From: Lama guanicoe
Lineage: Eukaryota
Length of the DNA: 64,000 bases
Assembly (NCBI GenBank): GCA_013239625.1
Contig: MU054204.1
Location: forward strand, 929,537-993,536
Direction: 5' to 3'
Shown here one piece after another: positions 14,318-26,520 of this stretch. The notes below the pieces were generated by a model, which did no database searches, had not been told where the DNA came from, and saw only the letters and a list, made by a program, of their open reading frames with translations. Within the stretch, counting starts at the first letter, position 1; each line of letters starts with the position of its first letter. A program made the position numbers and the translations under genes.

Positions 14318-14558
14318 CCTACACTGTTGGTAGGAATGTAAATTGGTACAGCCAATATAGAAAACAGTCTGGAGGTTCCTTCAAAAACTAAAAACAGAAT
14401 TACAGCAATCCCACTCCCGGACATATACTTGGAAAAGATGACAACTCTAATTCAAATAGATACACACACCCCAATGTTCATAGAAGCACTATTTACAATA
14501 GCTAAGACATGGAAGCAACATAAATGTCCATCAACAGATGACTGGATAAAGATGATAC

Positions 14559-14602
<44 letters not shown>

Positions 14603-15035
14603 GGAATATTACTCAGCCATAAAAAAGACTGAGACAACACCATTTGCAGCAACATAGATGGACCTAGAAATTATCATACTAAGTGAAGTAAGTCAGACAA
14701 AGACAAATATCTTAGGATATAACTTACATGCAGAATCTAAAAACTAATACAAATCAACTTATTTACAAAACAGAAATAGACTCACAGATGTAGAAAACAA
14801 ACTTATTGTTACCAAAGGGGAAAGGGGAGGGGAAGGAATATATTAGGAGTATGGGATGAACAGATATACACTACTATGTATAAAATAGATAAACAACAAG
14901 GATCTACTGTATAGCACAGGGAACTACATTCAATATCTTGTAATAACCTATAATGGAAAACAATCTGAAGCTGTACACCTGAAACTAACACAATACTGTA
15001 AACCAACTATAGTTAAATCAGAAAAAATAAAATTT
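14318..15035 (+). mobile_element. 5'-truncated L1 (ORF2 C-terminus and 3'UTR)
   Basis: Translation PMFIEALFTIAKTWKQHKCPSTDDWIK matches the L1 ORF2p C-terminus; L1 3'UTR and A tail follow. Confidence 0.9.
14562..14600. repeat. (AC)19 microsatellite within L1
   Basis: Uninterrupted AC run read directly. Confidence 0.95.
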
Positions 15036-15855
15036 TAAAATGTAAGGGAACTCAATTACAGATGAATTCCAGCTTTAAAAAACAGAGGGATGATAAAATT
15101 AGAAAAATTATTTTTCAACAATTCATTGCCAAGTAATGCTAAAACTGTTATATGAATAGTTTGGGAAACAGGATATTCACAAGGTTTGAAATTACCATGC
15201 CATAGATTTTTGAATTTAATTATCTATGAAAAACGGAACCTCAGCAATGGAGACACATGGCAGACACCACCTTAATAAGTGATTATCAATAATGGGATAA
15301 ACTGACATGACATGTCTTCAACCAAAATGTGATGCAGTGGGACATACACAACATCACCTATGTAATTTTCTTGCCAATAATACATAACTGGAATCTAATC
15401 TCAAGAAAACAATCACACAAAGCCACACTGAGGAGTATTTTAAGTGACAACTGTCCTGGACTCTTCAAAACCATCAATGTATTGAAATGAAACAAATAAA
15501 CAAAGGAAAATGAACTGTACTTGACAAGAGGGGAGAAAAGGGAAAGATAATCAAATTAAATACTTGTTCATTGATTGGATACTAAATGTCCCCTCAAAAG
15601 ATGCTATAAAAGATATTTCAGGATAGTGGAGAAAATGTAATTTAATTACAGGCTATATATTAGATAAAATTATTGAACAGATGATAATTCCTTGAGTGTA
15701 AGCGCTATTCTTGTTATGTAGAACATTCTTGCTCCCCTGTTCTTTTTTTTCTTTAATTAAAATTTTATTTTGAGGTTAAAAACTTCATTTGGAGATTCTC
15801 ATGCAGTTGTAAGAAATAGTACAGAGAGATGCCATATACCCTTTTAGGTATGATT

Positions 15856-16007
15856 TTTGGGGGGGTTGGTTTTTTGGGGGGGTAGATAATTAGGTTTACT
15901 TATTTATTTATGTATTTATTTATTTTTAGAGGCAGTACTAGGCATTGAACCCTGTGCATGCTGAGCATGCGCTCTACCACTTGAACCATATATCCGTTCC
16001 CCACCCC
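15856..16007 (-). mobile_element. Camelid tRNA-derived SINE inserted in a MIR
   Basis: Antisense SINE; TSD AGGTATGAT at ~15846 and ~16008. Confidence 0.8.
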
Positions 16008-16440
16008 AGGTATGATGATGATTAACCCCATTTTATAGATGAAGAGGGTGAGGCCCAAAGAGATGAAATAACTTGCCCTAGCTAGCAGTGATAGAGCCAG
16101 GATATGAACCCAGGGAGTCTTCCTCCAGGGACTGCCCTTGACCCCCCCCCCATGAATCAAATGAGGTTTTTGGAGTTTAGGTAACTGGTTGCCAAATGGC
16201 AGAGCTGGGTTCAGATCCAAGTGTATTGGATTCCAAGGCTCATGTTCCTTCCACACTGCATGCTTGGGAAGGAATGGCTGGCTCTTAGAGACAATTTTCC
16301 TGAAAGACAGTTTTTGGTTACCCCCTTGATGTTTTTCACCATAATCCACCCCGCACCTGTTCTGCCCCGCTAAGGAGAGACGAAGAGCTCATTTCTTGCA
16401 CCTGCTGCAGATGAGACACTGTGCCAGATAAAGAAAAAAA

Positions 16441-16478
16441 GAGGGTACAGCTCAGTGGTAGAGCACTTGACTGCAGAT
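16441..16478 (+). pseudogene. tRNA-Cys(GCA) 5'-half retropseudogene (tailless)
   Basis: GAGGGTACAGCTCAGTGGTAGAGCACTTGACTGCAGAT resembles nt 1-38 of tRNA-Cys including the CTGCAGA anticodon loop; no T arm; 14/16 TSD. Confidence 0.75.
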
Positions 16479-17252
16479 AGAGAAAAACACAGGGGAATCA
16501 GGGCTCTGCTGTGTAATTTCCCCATTTTTGTACATCTCCCTGTCTCCAATCTCACTCCCTAAAGAGTTTTTGGAGTCAATAAGAGAGATGGACAAAAAGT
16601 ACAAGAGTACTTGAGGAAGTATTAATAGCAAAATAACTGCTCTAACCAAACCCCCAGGGGGTTGGTTGGTTGTTTATTTTTTTTTTAATTTGGGGGTAGA
16701 GGAGGGCACAGAGTGGCTGAGACAGTCATCCGGAAGCCCACATAATTCACTTCTTGTTGGAGGCACTGTTATTTTCTATTCATTTCCAAATTAAGTTGTT
16801 TTCTCATTTTAAAAGTAATGTGTATTTATTATATAAAATTTGGAAAATAAAAGTATAAAAAGGGAAAAAAATAAATGCACCCTACTACCTGGGGATAGCC
16901 ACTTTAATAGCTTTGGATAATTCCCAACCATTCTGTATTTATCGTCACATCCCTGGGTGTTCATGTAACATGTCAACACAGAGAGATATATATAAATCCC
17001 CATTTAAATTGAAAAGACAGAAATGGGATAATTTCATACTCTGCCATTATATCATGAAGAGTTTCCTCAGCATTGGTCTTGATTTTTAATAGCCAGATAT
17101 TTTACTCTGTGGACCTGCTGTAATTTGTTTACATTCCCTACTATGGAAATTATGTCTTCAATTTTTCACGATTTATAAAAGACTTTAGTATATAAAGCTG
17201 TCTACATCTATTGGATACTTCCTTCAGAAATTATACTTTTAAAAATTAACAA

Positions 17253-17345
17253 CGTATGTATGACTGAAACATGATGCTGCACACCAGATACTGACACACT
17301 GTAAAATGATTATATTTCAATAAAAAGAGAATGCAAAAAAAAATT
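17253..17345 (+). mobile_element. Short L1 3' tail
   Basis: GTATGTATGACTGAAACATGATGCTG.ACACCAGA...TTCAATAAAAA; TSD-like AATTAACAA on both sides. Confidence 0.7.
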
Positions 17346-17659
17346 TTTTAATTAACAAGGAACTCATGTTATGTACAGAAAAACTGGAAGACACAAATAA
17401 GCAAAAATCAAGTCAACTGTAATTTCTCATTTTAATACTTTTGTGTCTATCACTGAGACTTTTTTTAATAATACTTTTGTGTCTGTCACTCACTTTTTAT
17501 ATGAAACATACATGGACACAACACATAGATTAAGATGGGATCATACTATTAATAATAAAAGTAACAGTTACTAAGACTAGTTATCATGTACTGAGTACTT
17601 ACCACATGCCAGGAACTGTGATTTTATTATTTAATCCTTGCAACCACTTATGTATTAGC

Positions 17660-17830
17660 TCAGCAGTTCCCAAACTTGTCTGCATATCAGAGTCACCTGG
17701 GAGGCTTCAAAATTCCTGAGCACTGCATCCCATCCCCAGAGATAACGGATTTTATCCACCTGGGTGAGCCCTGGGCTTGGGTGGGCTTCAGCGATCCCCA
17801 GGTGATCCTGATGAGCATCCAAGGTAGGAA
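17660..17830. mobile_element. MER5A-type hAT element within MIR sequence
   Basis: CAGTTCCCAAACTTG.CTGCA.ATCAGA.TCACCTGGGAG...CCCAGGTGAT.CTGATG. Confidence 0.7.
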
Positions 17831-19141
17831 CTGTTAGGTTCGCTGCTATTTTACCCCTTTTTTAACTGATGTGGAAGTTAAAGAACACTCACGTAGGTAA
17901 CTTCCCACAACCATGTGGCTGATAAAGCTGGGATTTCCATCCAGCTCTATGCCTAGAGCCGACACTTTAAACTGTTAATAATTTGAGACCTGCTTTTCCC
18001 CAATCCCCACCATTTAACACCGTATCATGAACCTATTTCTATGTTAATAAGTATGACTCCACATTATCATCTTTAATAACTATAGAATTCCATTGTATTG
18101 ATTCATCAGAATGCAAGGGTTATCAATTTTCCCCACGAGAGAAAAATGCTACAATGTATATCCTTATTGATACACCTTTGTGCACATCCTTCATTATTTC
18201 CTTAGGATGAACTCCAAGAAAAGGAATGACTGGGGCAAAAGGTGAAGACGTTTTTAAAAGCTTTTGATAAATCTAGCCAAATTGACATTCCCACTAGGCA
18301 TGTATGTGAATGCCTGCTTCCTCATGTCTCTGCCAAAGCTGTGTTCTCTCATTTCTTTTTAATTACTGCAAATTATGTTTGAAAAAATGGTACACCATTT
18401 ACTTCTCCCTTTCTTTGCTACTAAGAGGGAACATTTTTTCACATTTATTGGCCATTTGGATTTTTTATGTATTTTTCTCTTCTCATCCTTGGCACATATT
18501 TCTAGTAAAATATTTGTATTTTTCTTATTGTACTATAAGTCTTTATAGATTAATTAAAAGCCAGTAAATAAATGCATGGAAATTCTAGAGCTGAAAATTC
18601 AATATCTCATATTAAGAATTTATTGGATATGCAAAATAGAAGCAAAATAGTAAGACTGTGAACTAAAAAAAAAAAGTTCACTATAAATACCCAAACTGAA
18701 GACAATTGGGAAATTAGTGAAGAAGAGTCTTTTAGCAATTTATTTCTAGTTTTCTCATTAACTTTATTCATGACTTCGTGTAGAAATTTTTAATTTTCAT
18801 ATAGTTGATGACATTACTATTCTACCTTTTAGATTATGCATACAAATATCTTTCCTATTTTTATATAATTATAGAGATTATAATTATAAAAATATAAAGG
18901 TTATATAAATATTCCCTATACAAGTATTATAAAGATAATTATAAAAATATAAAGATTATAGAAATATCCTATATTTTCTGAGTTCCTTTATCATTTCTCT
19001 TTTTTTAACTTTTAATTCTTTAATGCAGCAGTTCCCAAACAGGATTACACATCAGAATTACTTACAGAAGTTCTTTAAATGCTCATGTCTTAAGATTGAA
19101 TCTCAATTTGCGAGGATGGGATCTGAGCAGGAATATTTTTT

Positions 19142-19321
19142 TTGACCATATAGTTCCTTTTTTAAAAATTTTAATGTCTTTATTTTTTAATTTTTTATTT
19201 GCATTATTTTCATTGGAGTATAGTTAGTTTACAATGTTGTGTCAATCTCTGGTGTACAGCATACTGTTTCAGCCATACATATACACATATATTCATTTTC
19301 ATATTCTTTACAATTATAGGT
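19142..19321 (-). mobile_element. L1 3' tail
   Basis: Antisense L1 3'UTR; TSD AGGAATATTTTT at ~19130 and ~19322. Confidence 0.8.
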
Positions 19322-20899
19322 AGGAATATTTTTAAAAGCAATTCCAATGCCCCTCTCTCCTTTCTTAAGAAACACTATTTTACACCTTCGGAATTTATGT
19401 TGATGTCCTTTTTCCCCAATTACTCCAGCACATTTGTTAAACAAGGCATTTCTTCAAGTTGAAATGCTGCCTTTATCCTTGTTGGTAAGTTCTGTGAGAG
19501 CAGAGACCACAGCCGATTTTCCTGATCATTGATTGCATCTCTAGCCCCCAGCACAGTGCCTTGTGCACAACTGGTGCTTGATATTAATTGAAGAAATAAA
19601 TGACACCTGACAGCACAATCTCCACCCTCATCCCACTCCACACTGGCTAGTACTCTCGTCAATATTTTGTTGACTATCAGTCCAATCAAACTGATGTTAT
19701 TAATGATGGCCTTGAGTTACTCAGTCATGCTCAACACACTCTGTTTAAAGTGGCCAGGAAATGTATTAGAGGACTCCATCCAACGAAGCCAAAATAATAA
19801 TGTTGGCCAAGTTTCAGAGGAATGTGACTTCTGATCAGATTCTCCATGGAGGAACTAGACAGCACTGACCCGAGAGATTAACGACACTTGGCTTCCTCTA
19901 GCTCTTCAAGTTCCTCTACCAGCTCCAGAGACTGACTCAGAGCTTCCCTGAGCTGGGGACAGACCCAGACATTCCCTCTTCCACGAGTCCACGGAAAGAA
20001 AAACTGGAATAGGGAATCAGGAGACCTGGGTTTCAGTCCTGTCACCACAATCATCCTGTTTGATAGTCAGCCTGTCGCTTAACGTCTAGGGGTTGGGCTA
20101 GACGTTTTCTAAGGATCTCTTCAGATCTGAACCTCTACCTAAAGACCCAAACAGACTACTACAGGGCAGGCCTTCCAAGGACAACCTGAAACTCCCTCCA
20201 CAGAAGAGGGTCCCAGTCCTATTCCGGGCTATAGCAAATAATGGTAATAGAAGTAGTAACAGTAATAGAATAGGAGTAATAGTAACAGCCATTGCTAAAT
20301 TTTACTTATTATATGCTAGACAATATTCTAAACCTTTTACTAATAATAGTGGCACACATACTTACATGCCACTTACTATGTTGCCAGCATTTTGCTTAAT
20401 ATTAATTTAATCAATCACCACAACCTTATAAGGTGAGTTCTACTGGTATCTCTATTTTACAAAGAAGAAAACCAAGAGACAGAGAAGGCCTTGCCCAAGA
20501 TCTCACAACTACCAAGTAATGAAACCAATGGAGTTGAGCTCAGACCCATACTTTTAACTCCTCTACCATACCACCACCCAAACTATCATTGCAACTATGC
20601 TCGTCACTTCAGAGGTTGCACAAAACAGAGAGTGAGTTGCAGTTACTTATGTGGAATACTCCCTTCTTCACTAATGCAAGAAAAATTGTTTTCCTCCAAA
20701 GTAATTTTAAGCAGATCAGACTTCAGGGCCTAAGATGGCAAAAATATATTACTTATTAAGAAATTATGACATTCGTGTTAAGAATTGTGATCCATTAAAA
20801 CGTCTCATTAACAAATAAATCATTAACTACTTAATGACATTGCCATTAAGCAGAAAGAAAACACACCAGCTCTTTACGCCTCATTAGGAACAAAACTCT

Positions 20900-21720
20900 A
20901 GAGCCCCACGAGCCGAAACTCCAATTCCAGACTCTCCGAACTGTCTTTTCAACATCAACCTGACGGCTCTCAGGTGTCTCAAACAGAACAGGTCAAACCA
21001 AATGCAGGACACTGACTTCCCACCATGCCCACGCCCTTCTCACCACCCTGTAAGTTGGCCATCTCATTGGCGCCATCCCCAGGCACCCAAACTGGGTGTC
21101 AACCCAAGCTCGGTTCCTCTGGCATCCAGTCACAGACCGTTTCTAGAATTCATCCCATTCTATCTCTGCCCCTGCTGCTGGCTCAGACTCTCACCATCTC
21201 TCCCCTAAACCACTATGCCGGACACGTCCCATTTGGCTCTGGGCTTTCACTCTCCCCGGCTCCAACCCCACCTCGACGCTGCCGCCAAAGTAATCTTTCG
21301 CAAACAAAATCTGATTATGTGACTTCCCTGTTTAGAATCTTTGTCTTCGGGATCAAGTGGAAAATCCTTCCTGGAATATACAAGGTTCTTTATTATCCAG
21401 CCTCTGACTACCTTCCCGGCTTCATCTGAGGTCGTGGCCCACACATCTCACACGAGGCCAACCGAGCAACTGGGAAGTTCCCAAACAGTGCTCCTCTGTC
21501 TGCCCAGAATGCAATTCTCTCATTCACCCCTCCGGCAAACTCCCACTCATCTTGTTCAGCCCAGCTCAAAATTCAGAGTTCATCACACTTTTCTCTGAGT
21601 TATTATTGCATTTTATACCTCTCCCTATGATAACACATATTCAACCTGACGCCATTATTTGTTTATATGCTTGTCTCTCCCATAAGACAAGGAACTCTCT
21701 AGGTGTCTGCATCTTACGCA
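20900..21720 (+). mobile_element. Decayed L2
   Basis: Pyrimidine-rich L2-like motifs (CAGGTGTCTCAAAC, AAATCTGATTATGTGACTTCCCTGTTTAGAA). Confidence 0.6.
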
Positions 21721-21739
21721 TCTCTGTATTTTACTTCTT

Positions 21740-21883
21740 TTTTTTTCCTTTCTTTTTTTTAAATTAGTACCTTTTGGGAGGGGGTGATTAGGTTTATTTA
21801 TTTATTATGGAGGTACTGGGGATTGAACCCATGACCTCATGCACGCTAAGCATGCACACTACCACTGAGTTACCCTCCCCCCA
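21740..21883 (-). mobile_element. Camelid tRNA-derived SINE
   Basis: Antisense SINE; exact TSD TATTTTACTTCTT at 21727 and 21884. Confidence 0.85.
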
Positions 21884-22575
21884 TATTTTACTTCTTGAAT
21901 GAAAGGATGTCTCAGGACTTAAACAAGAATATCCAAACTGCGCCTGATAAATGCCCACTGTGTGAGTCAAAGCAGGTGTAACAGGCTGAATCTCATTTCA
22001 CCAAGTATCTTTAAATTGACAACCATCGCATATCAAAAATACTTGTGATAGCTGTAACCACCAGGAGACAGTTTTCAAAGATACATCAGACCACCAACAA
22101 ACCTACCTGTTGACTATAGATATTCGCGCTCCTGTCATTCTCCTCCATCTAAGTGGTCCTTCACCTTTTGCGGGTCACAGATCAATGTGGGCAGTGTTTG
22201 TCCACCATTTCTTAAGTCCATACTCCCTTTTGATAAACACAAAAATGCCCCCCGCCCCTGGAGATTTTGATACTCTCCCAAAGGGTGCAATTTGCAACCC
22301 CACCAGAAATACAAAGTAACTTTATACGTGGTAAGATTTCACAGGTTCACAAAGAGATATAATCCATTAGGCAAGTTGAGCTTGGCTCTCAGGTTGCTGC
22401 ACAGTATGAAAACAGGCATTTTCCTTCTATCACCAAAAATAAACACTGTAACATTAGATACCCTTTAAAATCTTTTTTGGGAAGAGGAAGCCAGGGAGGT
22501 GCTGACATCTGTCTCCCCCACCTCTGAGAACCTTATGATGGAAATTTGCCAGAGACAAATAAAAACCAGAAATAT

Positions 22576-22668
22576 GGGGGTGGGGGTTGGGTATATCTTG
22601 GTGGTAGAGTACATGCTTAGCATGCACAAGGTCCTGGGTTCAATCCCCAATACTGCCATTTTAAAAAA
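22576..22668 (+). mobile_element. Camelid tRNA-derived SINE (short tail)
   Basis: SINE body; TSD CAGAAATATG on both sides. Confidence 0.85.
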
Positions 22669-23174
22669 AACAGAAATATGAAAAAATGTCCTCCGTTTCC
22701 TCACACATAAACCCCACGAGCTCATGTTCAAATGCTTCTGGCACTACATTTTCCTGCTACTCTGCCCCTCGCCCCACACACACCCCTCCACCCCTTCTTA
22801 AAAATGATCTTAACTTTTAGCTAGCAGCAACTCCTTTTAAACTAACACGCTTGGTCCCAGCAAAGACAAAGGGTTAAATTATAGAACCAGCTAGCTGGCT
22901 GCCTGCCACTGGCTTGGGGGTTGGGTTGGGACGGAGGATAGAGGAGGAGGAAAAAGCAGTGAGAGAAGTAAGTGCTAACTTCTTACCCTGCCACATGGCC
23001 ATCTTGCTGCTCTTCTCTTCCACGCTGGGGTCTCAGGCTCAGAGGTTCCCAGACCCGCCCCCCTCTCCAGTTTTGGAGGGAGACTTGACTGGGATGGAGA
23101 TGCAACAGCAGCTGTGTTGTCTTGTTTTCTGCAAGATGCTCAAGGCCCAAACCTGAAAAGTGTCAACAGAAAAA

Positions 23175-23390
23175 TGAATACCTATATGAAAAACAAAAAC
23201 ATGTTCATAGGTAAACAACAAGTTTCTAATGTATGGCACAGGGAACTAGACTGAATATCTTGTAGTAACCTATAATGATGAAGAATATGAAAAGGAATAT
23301 ATGTATGTATACATATGACTGAATCACTATGCTGTGCACCAGAAATTGACACAACATTGTAAACTGACTACACTTCAATTAAAAAAACAG
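23175..23390 (+). mobile_element. L1 3' tail
   Basis: GCACAGGGAACTA...GAATATCTTGTAGTAACCTATAATG...TTCAATTAAAAAAA; TSD-like AACAGAAAAA. Confidence 0.8.
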
Positions 23391-23821
23391 AAAAAAACAC
23401 ATTCAAATCCTTGAAAATTATCTCCTGCAGGCACGGACAGGGTCAAGTTTCCTCTTAAGCAGCAAGGTATGGCCGAAGAAAGAATGCGGAGATCGCATAA
23501 TATTGCAACTGAGTGTTGTCTGATTCTGCATGAATCACTGGATCTCCAGTAAATGGCTTTCAGAATCTCAAAGGATGACTGGTTGGATGAGATAACCATT
23601 AAGTGTCTCTCCCTTATTGAAATGTCACAATTTGGGGAATGAAGAACAGCATAATATCATGCCTTCCCTCAACGCCCCCCCAAATGCTCAACTTTACATT
23701 AAAAAATATTAGAAAGGAGAGCAAATTTTGCAACTAAAGTTTTCAAGTAGATCTCATAGAGAAAAAGAAAAGAGATGTAATAAAACATGAATATATATTG
23801 ATAGATGTGTGTTTATTGCCA

Positions 23822-23935
23822 TTTTGAATGAAAAATATGAAAATGAATATATGTACATATGTGTATCACTGGAACATTATGCTGTACAGCAGAAAGTGGC
23901 ACATTGTAACTGACTGTACTTCAATTTTTTTTTAA
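23822..23935 (+). mobile_element. L1 3' tail fragment
   Basis: Same 3'UTR family as the 23175-23390 element. Confidence 0.7.
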
Positions 23936-25249
23936 AAGGTTTAGAGCAATGTCCTTTGGGTCTTGGGCCTTCCTCTCCACTCCACTTCATTATACTTTCC
24001 CACTTTCCCAATGTCCTGTAGGGAGCATAGATTGCTTTTCAAATCAGGCAGGAAAAGATCCAAAGGAAAAGAAAAATGTAAAAACAGAATGCCAATTTAA
24101 GTAAGGCCAAATTGTTTCAGATAATTCCTATTGTTAAAATGTCAAATTCAGTCTTAGGACAATACCATTTGCAAGGATATGAAAGACGCTAGAAAGGGGG
24201 AAAAATGATAGGTCTGGCTACTTCGTTTGATTCTGAGGTTTAATAATATATTAAACACTTTGTCCATTTAAACAAGTTCTTAATTAGCACATTGATCTTT
24301 CTTATTTGGCATACAAGCCAATCTGATTTTTCTAAGAAAAGAAGTCCTCACCTTTTTGACCTGGTGAACTTCAAAGCAGATTGCTATGTCCATAGCTTTT
24401 CTATAAGCAACACCTCCACCCAACGAAGTGAAAGCGCTCACGCATACATACTGAAGACTAATAGGAACATAAGAGCCATCATTTGGCCTTTTTTAAGTGA
24501 CTTTTTTTTTAAGGGCGAAAGTGTGAATGTGCTTCCCAAAAAGCCAAGAGAGAAAAGACAATGCTTTGGATAAGGAAAGGCTCGCAAAGTCCAAGAAAAC
24601 TAGGAACTCACAAAATCCCAGGATGAATTCGCCAGGAAAAAGCGCTCTGATGACTTATCTGGAACCTGGGACAGTTTGTTTTGGTTTGCCTTTTTTCCCC
24701 CTCGTATTTAGCGTGCAGTTAAATAGTACTGAGCCGCGCCTCGTGGGGCCAGGAGAATTTAACATCTCCCAAATCAAACTCGTGTAGCTGCTCATAAACG
24801 TACGAAGTTTCTGTAAAGCAGATTCTTAGTGGCTCTTCATGCTCCACACTTCTGGATTTCCCTCACTTATTAGGGGTAGCTTACACTGACGTTATCATAC
24901 GGGCACACGTACAACTTCACCTGGCACTCCAGAAAACTGATTTGCTCGGAAAGGTTAATACGGTAAACGCGCATCAACGTGAAGGTAAAGTTTTCCCCTT
25001 TTGGGTGAAGGCGCTCAAGCGCAAGCCTGGCAAGTCTGGAGAGAACCAGCTCCCCGCGTTAAGTGGGAAAAGGAAAATGCAGCGACTACTTTTCCAAGAG
25101 TCTGGACTCTGCTTCACTACGACCCACACAAACCTGCCAGTCCAGAGCAAGAGAGAAGAATGGGGCCTCAATAGGGCTTTACCAGCCAAAGTCACCCTGC
25201 CTCAGTCCTGGAAGGGGGACGTCTGCAGCTAACCTCCTCCATTCAAAAG

Positions 25250-25975
25250 CGAGGCAGGCTTGGCGCGGCTCCTCGAGGAAACTTCGCTGGGACAGCGCAG
25301 GGACCCAGGCTCAGAGAACAGGGCTGGGCTCTCGGAAAGATGCCGCCCTGCACTGGCCAGAACTGGCTGCTCTAACTCCCCCGAGTGCCAGGCGGCGGCG
25401 GCCGGGCACGGGGAAGCCCCATCTCCGGGGAGCCGAGCCAGCGGGGGAGCGCTTCCCCTGTGTCGCTGCGCCCAGGGGGTGATCCGAGGGTGGGCCGGGG
25501 GCCAGCGGCCCACCAGGGACCTGCTGGGGTCGGGACAGCCCATTGGTCTTTACCTGTCGCCGAGGTCAGCAGCGGCGGAGCCCGCGTCCGCCGCCGGCGG
25601 GCCGAGCGCTCAGTCGGCTCTGGTGTCCGGGACACTAAGTTGAGCTAGCGCCCCACGTAGCCGGCAGAGCTTCATTCACAGCCCAGCCGGGAGGAGGGGG
25701 AGCGGAGCGGGCGCGCGGCTCATGTGACAGGCGCCTCGCAGGGATCGGCCAGGCACGGCCGCCGTCTGCGCGTGCGCGTTCCGGCCAGCCCTCTCCGCGC
25801 ACCTCCGCGGAGCCCGGGAGGAGGTGATACACGCCCGGGAGGCAGCAGGGCGGGGAGAGCCGTGGCGAAGGCGGTGCTGGGAGGAGTTTCCGCGCGCGCA
25901 GCCGCAGTAGGTCGGCCTAGCTCGCTGCCATATTTAATGAGGACTGGGCGGGTCCTAACCCAGGGCGGGGCGTGT
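25250..25975. promoter_or_regulatory. CpG island promoter
   Basis: The only GC- and CpG-dense block in an AT-rich window; GC boxes GGGCGG at ~25946 and ~25963; NRF1 match CGCGCACGCGCA (minus strand, 25767-25778) next to CCGGAA; E/M-box TCATGTGAC at 25720-25728. Confidence 0.9.
25554..25720 (-). other. Probable non-coding first exon of an unidentified minus-strand gene
   Basis: Minus-strand donor CGACAG|GTAAAG (plus strand CTTTACCTGTCG, ~25548-25559) inside the CpG island with promoter motifs upstream; the TSS position is a guess. Confidence 0.55.
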
Positions 25976-26119
25976 TAATTGCTTTTGAAAAAGAAATACT
26001 CTTTTATGTTTCACTGTTTCGAGCCAGCGGTACGGTTTTTTGGTTTTGTCCTTAGAACAAAACTGTTTATCCTGAGCTTTTGGCCCACCAAATAGTTAGT
26101 AGTAGAAATCTAATACTAA

Positions 26120-26520
26120 TTACATTAGCTCACGTATTTTTGAGCCTCCAATTATATGTCAGCCACTGTTCTGTGCCCTTTACTTTTTTTATCTCATTTA
26201 ATGTGCACAGTAACCCCACTGGGGTACGTACTATTATTTCGCCACTTTTATTCATAAGAAAACAGAGGCACAGAAAGGTTAAGTAACTTGTCCGAGCTCA
26301 CATAACAGTAGTAGTATGAATAGTGATCAAATACAGTGATGTTTATAACAGCCAACTTGATCCTCATAGCAGCACTGGAAAATCTACCCTGCAATTTTTG
26401 GTATTATCTCCAATTTAAGAATTGCAAAACAGAGGCTCAGAAAAGCAAATGTCATAGGACTAGTAAGGGATAGAAACTGGGATTCCCACCTAGGTCTACC
26501 TGACTCCAAAGCCCTTGCCC
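26120..26520 (-). mobile_element. MIR SINEs
   Basis: GAAAACAGAGGCACAGAAAGGTTAAGTAACTTGTCC core, with a second more decayed core at ~26425. Confidence 0.75.

Noticed and set aside
25554..25720. Assigning a gene symbol to the CpG-island gene
   Set aside because: No coding exon is in the window and I cannot reliably recognise the 5'UTR; a BLAST search is needed.
25063..25978. Overlapping 65-139 aa ORFs on both strands
   Set aside because: Stop-poor GC-rich CpG island; Ala/Gly/Arg/Pro-rich translations with no recognisable protein.
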